Program-made: the position numbers and the translations under genes
The notes under the pieces: generated by a model
What the model was told of the DNA's origin: nothing
Database searches by the model: none
What the model saw: only the letters and a program-made list of their open reading frames with translations
Source: a virus
Lineage: Duplodnaviria; Caudoviricetes
Reading direction: 5' to 3' (one strand)
Virus record (IMG/VR): IMGVR_UViG_3300044643_000906
Span: 1 to 61,753 of that record
Length of the DNA: 61,753 bases
Shown here: one piece after another, positions 55,665-61,753 of the stretch
Layout of the letters: the number at the start of each line of letters is the position of its first letter
How positions within the stretch are numbered: position 1 is the first letter of the stretch

Positions 55665-56519
55665 ATGTCGATTCTTTCTCTCGTTCTCGATTCCGCCCCG
55701 GTCTACACCGCACCCCGTGTCATCCGCATCGCTCGCAGCGAAGCCACCGTGACGGGTGGCGTCTTGGGTGATCGTGTCGTGACGATCCGCCGGTTGACGG
55801 GTGCCGGTGATCTCAACCCCAAGACTGCGAAGAATGACGTGCAGACGCTGGGGCTGTCGCTCCTGCCGCACAAGTTCGCGGGCATCGGCAATCTGTGCCC
55901 GTTCGCGGTGAACTGCCCGAACGGCTGCCTCGCGAATCAGGGTCAAGGCCCGATGCCGTCTGTGCGGCTACCGCGGGCTGCGAAGTCGATGCTCTGGTAT
56001 CTGGCCCGCGATTGGTTCCTCGACAAGCTTTCCCGCGAGTTGACCACGTTCCGGCGGCGTGTCCCGGTCGATCAGACTGCCGGTGTACGGCTGAACATGT
56101 TCAGCGATATCGCATGGGAGGAGCACGGGATCATCGACGCCTTCCCGGGCATCACGTTCTATGACTATGCGAAGAACCCGCAGCGGCACGGCTGGCTGCG
56201 TCCAAACTACTGGGCAACGTACTCGTTCGACGGCTTGGATCGGCATCTGCCCAACGTCGATGCGGTGATTGCCGCGGGGCACAACGTGTCGGTCGTGTTC
56301 TATGACCCGGCACCGGGTGCGAAGTGCGGCAAGGCTGCCCATCGTCAGCGTCTGCCTGAGTCGTGGCGGGGCATTCCCGTGATCGACGGCGGCAAGAGCG
56401 ATTGGCGTCCCGATGATGCCCGCGGCGTGATCGTGGGCCTGCGTCTGCTCGCTCGCACCTACGCCTCTCGCAACGAGAGCATCGAGAGCGGCTTCGCGGT
56501 GCGTCTGCCCGGAGCCTGA
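55665..56519 (+). CDS. GP88-like protein (Cys cluster, possibly Fe-S)
   Basis: NPK..K, CPFAVNCPNGCL, VRLN..SDI.WE, FYDY.K, VIDG...D.R..D. Confidence 0.75.
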   Translation: MSILSLVLDSAPVYTAPRVIRIARSEATVTGGVLGDRVVTIRRLTGAGDLNPKTAKNDVQTLGLSLLPHKFAGIGNLCPFAVNCPNGCLANQGQGPMPSVRLPRAAKSMLWYLARDWFLDKLSRELTTFRRRVPVDQTAGVRLNMFSDIAWEEHGIIDAFPGITFYDYAKNPQRHGWLRPNYWATYSFDGLDRHLPNVDAVIAAGHNVSVVFYDPAPGAKCGKAAHRQRLPESWRGIPVIDGGKSDWRPDDARGVIVGLRLLARTYASRNESIESGFAVRLPGA

Positions 56520-56604
56520 TCGTCTGGCTGATTTCAACACACCGTCACGACCCCGGCTGGCACGTTGCCTGACCGGGGTCGTGGCATTTCAGGAGGGTTT
56601 CATC

Positions 56605-56994
56605 ATGGTTCGCGTTCGCTTTCACCTTGGGGCCGGGAAGAACTACATGAAGTGGCAGATCACGCACTGGGACGGTCGCAAGACGTACCACGATCCCGCC
56701 ACTACCACGCTCACGATCTATCAGGGGCGGCTGCGGAATGAGCGTGGCACCGCGGAGCGCATCCACGCAGGGGCATCGAAGACGGTCTGCGCTTGGATCG
56801 AAGCGGAGCACGTTGACGTTGACCGCGGCGTGTCGGCTGTCATGGGCGGCACGCAGGCGTCCTACAACCCGCGGGTCGCACCGCACTGGGTCATCAACGG
56901 CTGGAACGCAGACGGCAGACGGTTCGAACTGATGACCACTGCGGGGAGCGGCGTGTTCGTGTCGGCCAAGTCGATGCAGCCGGGGGCGTATTGA
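56605..56994 (+). CDS. Hypothetical protein
   Basis: AGGAGG RBS. VRFHLG.G.NYMKWQI...KTVCAWI...YNPR..P.W. Confidence 0.7.
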   Translation: MVRVRFHLGAGKNYMKWQITHWDGRKTYHDPATTTLTIYQGRLRNERGTAERIHAGASKTVCAWIEAEHVDVDRGVSAVMGGTQASYNPRVAPHWVINGWNADGRRFELMTTAGSGVFVSAKSMQPGAY

Positions 56995-57009
56995 TCGGCT
57001 GATTGATTG

Positions 57010-57549
57010 TGAGGGTACGCGGTCGCCAGCCCGGGCACGTTGCTCGGGCTGGCTGGGGTCATTCACACGCAGGAGCAATGCAATGCACGGTCTGTTTGTT
57101 CAACGTCCCTTCGCCTCGTCTCTGGTGCATGGACGCAAGACGATTGAGACACGCAGCTACAAGCTGCCCGAGCACATGTTCGGCAAGCTGGTCTACATCA
57201 TCGAGACTCCGCGGCGTGAGCACCGCAGGACGGGGGATCGCGGCATGATCGTGGGCGTGGTGCGCTTCGATGGCTGGAAGCTGTACCGCACCCGCGATGA
57301 GTGGCTGCTCGACGCTGATCGGCACCTCGTCACGCCCGACGACCCGCTCTATGGGTGGCGGGATGACAAGCCCAAGTACGGGTGGACTGTGGCTGATCTC
57401 TCCAGCGGGTGGCGTGACAACTGCGAGGTGCTGGAGCCGTCGCAGTATCGGGGCACCGGGTACGGGCGTGTCTGGGTGACCGACTGTGAGCAGGTCGAGT
57501 ACCGACCCACAGTGATACGGGCGTCGAGGTCTTGAGGGTACGCGGTCGC
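57010..57549 (+). repeat. 17-bp direct repeat TGAGGGTACGCGGTCGC (57010-57026 and 57533-57549) flanking the ASCH gene
   Basis: Exact match of the two copies. Confidence 0.9.
57083..57535 (+). CDS. ASCH domain protein
   Basis: L.VQ.PFA..LV.G.KTIETR...IVGVV. Confidence 0.85.
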   Translation: MHGLFVQRPFASSLVHGRKTIETRSYKLPEHMFGKLVYIIETPRREHRRTGDRGMIVGVVRFDGWKLYRTRDEWLLDADRHLVTPDDPLYGWRDDKPKYGWTVADLSSGWRDNCEVLEPSQYRGTGYGRVWVTDCEQVEYRPTVIRASRS

Positions 57550-57625
57550 AGGCTGGGCATGGGCACAGCCTGCATCCCTGCACCTTCGCAGGTTGAGTGA
57601 TGACACGAAGAGGGAGTACTGAATC

Positions 57626-58072
57626 ATGGGCAAGAGCAGCCAGTGGGTGATGGGCAGCGACGTGTGCGAGCAGAAGGCGTGGATTGAGAACGACGAGGGG
57701 CAAGGGGTTGTCAAGCTGGAGCGCATGAACTACGGGCTGGCATCGACGCCCGGCCATGCCTCGGCCACCGACGAGCAGTGGCAGTCGATCATCGACCAGA
57801 TCGCAGCGGTGCCGGAGATGATCGCCGCCCTGCGTAACGTGCAGCACGAACTGACGCACGACAGCGAGGTGCATCACTCGACACGCTGCGACATTGACTC
57901 CCTCCTCAAGCGTGTCGATCCGCCTTGCCCCGTCACGCGGACGGTGAACGTGACCATGCAGGTGGATGTTCGGGTGTTCTCCGATGCACCGGAAGACGTG
58001 GTGCGGGCGATGGCTCTCGCTCAGGTGCGGAAGGGTGATGGGTTCGTGACGGGCGGCAAGGTGATTAGCTGA
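57626..58072 (+). CDS. Hypothetical protein
   Basis: GGGAG RBS, IAAVPEM..AL motif. Confidence 0.65.
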   Translation: MGKSSQWVMGSDVCEQKAWIENDEGQGVVKLERMNYGLASTPGHASATDEQWQSIIDQIAAVPEMIAALRNVQHELTHDSEVHHSTRCDIDSLLKRVDPPCPVTRTVNVTMQVDVRVFSDAPEDVVRAMALAQVRKGDGFVTGGKVIS

Positions 58073-58156
58073 ACGGCTGATTGATTTCACACACAGCAGT
58101 GACCCCGGCAGGCGAGTGACCTGACCGGGGTCGCTGTGTTTCTAGGAGGACGAGCG

Positions 58157-58480
58157 ATGAGGAATCGGAACTACCAAGCGATGCGGCGGCAGCGTGCGAC
58201 CGAGCGTCGAAACTATGAGCGGACGGGCGTGCTGTTCGAACCGCAGCGGTGGTCGATGGTCAACCTGCGGGGCATCGCTCCGTACACCATCGACCGCTGC
58301 GAGGGCACCTACACGGTGGAGTTCGACCGCACTGGCCGGTCGCTGCCCATCTCGCAGCACAGGGAGGTCAAGGTCGTGGCCTATGACCTGCGTCTGCCCG
58401 ATGGCAAGAGTCGCCGGTTCTCACGGCTGATCGATGCGAAGGCGTATGTCCGCATGCTTCAGGAAGGGGGTGCTGCATGA
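58157..58480 (+). CDS. Hypothetical protein
   Basis: AGGAGG RBS. Confidence 0.65.
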   Translation: MRNRNYQAMRRQRATERRNYERTGVLFEPQRWSMVNLRGIAPYTIDRCEGTYTVEFDRTGRSLPISQHREVKVVAYDLRLPDGKSRRFSRLIDAKAYVRMLQEGGAA

Positions 58481-58779
58481 GCACGGGCAACTTCAACCTG
58501 ACATGGGTGCGGCGTGTGATCCCCAACCTCTGCAAGCGTGGAGCACGGGGACGCACGCTGCTCGTCGCCAGCGTGGGCAGGGGTGCGGTCTATCGCGTGA
58601 GGGAGGTGCCATTCCGCGGGTGGTGTGCGGAGCGGCACGAGGAGGGGTCGAACTGCGTGGTCGGATGCAAGGTGTTCGCCAAGCAGGCCGACGCACAGCA
58701 GTGGTGCAGGGAGGATGCGTTCGTCTTCCTGCTGGAGCGGTCGAACTTCTACGCCTTGATGGAAGGGGGTGACGAGTGA
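58477..58779 (+). CDS. Hypothetical protein
   Basis: ATGA-coupled start. Confidence 0.55.
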   Translation: MSTGNFNLTWVRRVIPNLCKRGARGRTLLVASVGRGAVYRVREVPFRGWCAERHEEGSNCVVGCKVFAKQADAQQWCREDAFVFLLERSNFYALMEGGDE

Positions 58780-59609
58780 AGAAGCGGACTGTGTTCGGGT
58801 TGCCTCTCAACCCTGCCCACCTGCTCGACCAGCTGGATGGGCACTCGTTCTGCGTCAGCTACTACCACCGCTCCAAGCTGGGGCGGCAGTTGCAGCAGGC
58901 CATCAGTCTGGTTGGCGACGACCAGCTGCTCATGGTGGACAACGGAGCGTTCAGTGCGTGGCGTTCGGGCAAGGCGCTGGATGAGCAGCATTGGGATGCG
59001 TTCGCCCGATGGGGCATCCGCATCCTCGACGCCTGCCCGCAGGCAGTGCTCGTTATCCCCGACGTGATCGGCGGGTCAGTCGAGCAGAACCACCAGCTGG
59101 CGTGCGAGTTCACCGCTGGTCTGTCGGTGGTCTACGGGCGGGCTGATCTGGTGGATCGATGCATGATGGTCTGGCACATGCACGAACCCATCGATCACCT
59201 GCTTGGCATGATCGAGGGCGGCTACCAGTGGATAGCCGTGGGTAGCAGCGGTGAGTACGCCAAGGTGGGCACGCCTGCATGGCACGCCCGCATCCGCGAG
59301 GCGTTCGCTGCGATGGATGAGTTGTGCTGCGAGGGCAGCGGGTATCGGAGGCCGTGGATGCACCTCATGCGGGGGCAGTCCATGTTCCACCTCTACCCCT
59401 TCGATAGCTGCGACTCATGCAACGTGGCGGTGAACCACAACACATGGCGGCGGGTCAACCCCGGCGAGAACCATGTGGCACGCATGGCGGGTGGCATCAA
59501 GCGGCGGGCGGATGCCAGCTGCAACAGGTTGGATCGGGTCGAGAGTCCAGCTGCGTTGGCTGGGCTCGTCGGTGGGTGGTGGTCTGCACACAGAGGAGGT
59601 GCTGCATGA
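58776..59609 (+). CDS. tRNA-guanine transglycosylase (TGT/DpdA)-fold-like protein
   Basis: VDNGAFS.W, PDVIGG, VWH, A.GSS, H.M.G and FDSCDS resemble TGT-superfamily motifs. Confidence 0.65.
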   Translation: MKKRTVFGLPLNPAHLLDQLDGHSFCVSYYHRSKLGRQLQQAISLVGDDQLLMVDNGAFSAWRSGKALDEQHWDAFARWGIRILDACPQAVLVIPDVIGGSVEQNHQLACEFTAGLSVVYGRADLVDRCMMVWHMHEPIDHLLGMIEGGYQWIAVGSSGEYAKVGTPAWHARIREAFAAMDELCCEGSGYRRPWMHLMRGQSMFHLYPFDSCDSCNVAVNHNTWRRVNPGENHVARMAGGIKRRADASCNRLDRVESPAALAGLVGGWWSAHRGGAA

Positions 59610-59686
59610 CAGAGGCTCAGGTCTGGATCGTCGTCACGATCCTGCGGTTGGTGATCGAGTTGCTCACGCTGGGAGGTGCGACATGA
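59606..59686 (+). CDS. Small hydrophobic peptide
   Basis: GAGGAGG RBS, ATGA-coupled at both ends. Confidence 0.5.
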   Translation: MTEAQVWIVVTILRLVIELLTLGGAT

Positions 59687-59997
59687 AGACGCAGTACTCC
59701 GAATCGTACCGGGTCAGCCCGCGGGTGGTGCTCACCCCGGGCACCCGGTTCCGGGCGAGAGGCGGGCCGATGATCCGCCTCTCGACCGGGGAGACAGTGG
59801 CGATGTCTGCGAAGGGGCCATTCCGTTTCGTCAGGCACTGCAAGCGCGGCACATGCGAGTGGCTCGACGCCCTCGACCGCGATGGAAACTACGCACCGCT
59901 GCATGTGGCGGGGCGACGACGCAAGGTGACGGCAGCGATGGTGCTCAGAAAGTACTCCATCACCGGAACTGTGCGTGGATCACGGGCGAAAGCCTGA
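59683..59997 (+). CDS. Hypothetical basic protein
   Basis: GGAGG RBS, MKTQYS start. Confidence 0.6.
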   Translation: MKTQYSESYRVSPRVVLTPGTRFRARGGPMIRLSTGETVAMSAKGPFRFVRHCKRGTCEWLDALDRDGNYAPLHVAGRRRKVTAAMVLRKYSITGTVRGSRAKA

Positions 59998-60030
59998 AGT
60001 CTGGAAAAGTTGACACGTCTAGATAATGGG
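59995..60030 (+). promoter_or_regulatory. 36-bp site B: TGAAGTCTGGAAAAGTTGACACGTCTAGATAATGGG
   Basis: Inverted partner of site A, upstream of the 60099-AAA-vWA genes. Confidence 0.7.
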
Positions 60031-60098
60031 GAAACGAAGTACTCATTTACGAACGGCTGATTACCTATGGGTGGCATGTCGCTGCCCATCACAAGGAG

Positions 60099-61007
60099 AT
60101 GGCGATGAACATCGAGAAGATTCCCCCGTCCACAAAGGGCGGTCTGGTTTGGCTGACGGCTGGCAAGGTTCGCTGCATCGTGATGCAGCAGGTCTTCACG
60201 AAGATGGGGTGGAAGAAGCTCCTTCCCCGCAGGGAGAAGCGTGCCATCGCACTGCGTTCGGCACTGCTCGACACGCTGCGAGAGCACTACGGCAAGCGGA
60301 AGAAGCTGCGTGTCTTCCCCCTTGACCGGCGTGTCCTCGGGTTCGACGTGCGTGAGCACATCCCGGGTGCGGAGAAGTCGGAGTTGCCCTACCTGCTCAC
60401 GGCCAAGGCCGACGAGCGGCATGCGTGGATCACCCTCGATGGTCTGCCGGGTGACCCGCAGATGAGTCGTGACCTGAGCGACCGCTATCTGGAGAGGGTC
60501 AACTACTACTGCCCCACCACCACGGGTGCGCTGATCAAGAAGGCCATCGAGTCTGAGATGTATGCGTCGTCGGTCAAGGGCAACGGCGGTCTGTGGTTCC
60601 TGCCCGGTGCGTACATCGACCGCTACCGGCAGCTGGCCTCGGAGTTGGAGCGGTCTGCCACCAACCCTGACAGCGAGTGCATCTTCAGCCTCGGTCAGTT
60701 CCAGTTGTGCGACAACCCGGAGGTGGCTCGCGATGCGATGGCGTCGGTGATCGAGGATGCCAAGGCACTGTCGGCTGAGATCAATGCCGACCTGCTCGGC
60801 ACCGGGGCTACGTCAACCGACGATACCAACTCGCTCGGCATGACCAAGCAGGGCGTGCAGTCGAGGAAGGATCGGCTCGCCTCGATGATGGAGAAGGTCA
60901 AGGGCTACGCCGCCATGTTCGGCGTGGGCCTGACCGAGATCGAGCAGCTGCTGGCTGCGACCGACAGTGCCCTCGCTCTCGCGGAGTTGAACGACCTCTC
61001 TGCGTGA
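60099..61007 (+). CDS. Hypothetical helical protein preceding the AAA-vWA pair
   Basis: 302 aa, AAGGAG RBS, GG.WF.P motif and a coiled-coil C-terminus. Confidence 0.75.
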   Translation: MAMNIEKIPPSTKGGLVWLTAGKVRCIVMQQVFTKMGWKKLLPRREKRAIALRSALLDTLREHYGKRKKLRVFPLDRRVLGFDVREHIPGAEKSELPYLLTAKADERHAWITLDGLPGDPQMSRDLSDRYLERVNYYCPTTTGALIKKAIESEMYASSVKGNGGLWFLPGAYIDRYRQLASELERSATNPDSECIFSLGQFQLCDNPEVARDAMASVIEDAKALSAEINADLLGTGATSTDDTNSLGMTKQGVQSRKDRLASMMEKVKGYAAMFGVGLTEIEQLLAATDSALALAELNDLSA

Positions 61008-61098
61008 ACGGCTGATTGATTCTGTGTGCTGCGTCGGGGCAGGCCGGGTGTTCCGGCCTGCCCCTGTTCTTTCACGGTTCTTCAAGGAGATGATTCCA

Positions 61099-61753
61099 AT
61101 GGTTGCTTTCAATGCGTTCGCCAACGTCAACGCTGCGTTCTTCATTGCCTTGCAGGCCCGCGTGCCTGCCCTCGCCCGGGGTCTGCCGGGTACTGGCAAG
61201 TCCACCATCATGGCGGCACTCGCCGCTGCGATGGGCCGTCGGTTCGTCGCACTGATCGGTAGTCAGTGTGCCCCGGAGGATTTCGGTGGCATGCCGGTGC
61301 CCGACCTGAAGGCGAAGCTCTGCCGCCTCATGCCTGCCGAGTGGGTCGAGGCGTTCCTCACCCCGGGTGGTCTGCTCTTCCTCGATGAGATCACCGCCGT
61401 GTCCCCGTCAGTGCGGGCTGCCCTGCTCACGCTCATCACTGAGCGTCACGTCGGCAGCGTTCACCTCGACCACGACACGCTGATGGCAGCGGCCTGCAAC
61501 CCAGAGGAACTGTGCCCTAATGGCACGCCGCTGGAACTGGCGATGAACAATCGGTTTTACCACCACGAGTGGAAGGTGGAGCGGGAGGAGTGGCTCGACG
61601 GCATGGCGACCGGGCAGTGGGCGGCTCCCACTTTCCCGCTCGTGCCGTCCGATTGGGAGTCGATGATCCCCAAGTGGGGCGGCAGGTTCTCTGCCTTCCT
61701 GCGTCGGGCCGACGGGCTGGACAACGTCCCGCCCTCCGATGAGAGCCGGGCCT
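61099..61753 (+). CDS. MoxR-like AAA+ ATPase, 5' part (continues at 1-588; about 371 aa in total)
   Basis: Manual translation MVAFNAFANV..., Walker A GLPGTGKS, Walker B LLFLDE, sensor ACNP, NNRF arginine finger. RBS AAGGAG upstream. In frame with 16..588. Confidence 0.9.
   Translation, partial: MVAFNAFANVNAAFFIALQARVPALARGLPGTGKSTIMAALAAAMGRRFVALIGSQCAPEDFGGMPVPDLKAKLCRLMPAEWVEAFLTPGGLLFLDEITAVSPSVRAALLTLITERHVGSVHLDHDTLMAAACNPEELCPNGTPLELAMNNRFYHHEWKVEREEWLDGMATGQWAAPTFPLVPSDWESMIPKWGGRFSAFLRRADGLDNVPPSDESRA
61627..61753. repeat. Second copy of the 127-bp terminal repeat
   Basis: Identical to 1-127. Confidence 0.97.

Larger units (their letters stand above)
55264..61021 (+). repeat. Dispersed 17-nt motif TGA(A/T)CGGCTG(A/G)TTGATT, each followed by a hairpin and RBS
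   Basis: Copies at 55264, 55569, 56517, 56992, 58070, 60050, 61005 and 586. All are intergenic or begin at a stop codon, and all are on the + strand. Confidence 0.9.
1..61626. mobile_element. Complete tailed (podovirus-like), probably temperate bacteriophage genome
   Basis: TerL, portal, capsid, tail/fibre genes, a tyrosine integrase with a tRNA-derived candidate attP, and circularity. No host housekeeping genes seen. Confidence 0.95.

Noticed and set aside
55264-61064. CRISPR array or classical integron attC array
   Set aside because: The units are separated by whole genes rather than 30-40 nt spacers, there are no cas genes, and the hairpins lack consistent RYYYAAC/GTTRRRY ends.

Overview
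This window is very probably a complete circularised genome of a GC-rich tailed phage. Bases 1-127 repeat exactly at 61627-61753, giving about 61,626 bp, and a MoxR-type AAA ATPase gene runs across the join. The virion genes look podovirus-like: terminase, large portal, scaffold, major capsid, adaptor and nozzle-like proteins, several collagen/fibre genes and three giant ejection-type proteins, with no tape measure or sheath. Layout: a + strand early/accessory arm (55.3 kb through the join to 4.4 kb), a - strand recombination/DNA-metabolism arm (12.5 to 4.3 kb, ending in a sigma-like factor), a tyrosine integrase, and a long - strand late arm (50.0 to 14.0 kb). A Planctomycetota-like host is my inference from recalled protein families and is not demonstrated. 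The most notable unexplained features are: (1) a promoter plus the 5' half of tRNA-Pro(CGG), a candidate 5'-type attP lying inside the start of the exonuclease ORF; (2) a densely base-paired non-coding region of about 420 nt in a genome with no recognisable primase, polymerase or initiator; (3) eight copies of a 17-nt motif followed by a hairpin and RBS that punctuate the early genes like cassettes; (4) a 36-bp inverted site pair resembling hix/gix around a 6 kb segment; (5) five fibre genes carrying complementary 'plug' and 'socket' halves of one domain in gene order; (6) a 59-Cys repeat protein in the virion module; (7) LexA-like palindromes with no recognisable phage repressor; and (8) no canonical lysis cassette. 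All family assignments come from reading motifs by eye; no database search was run.
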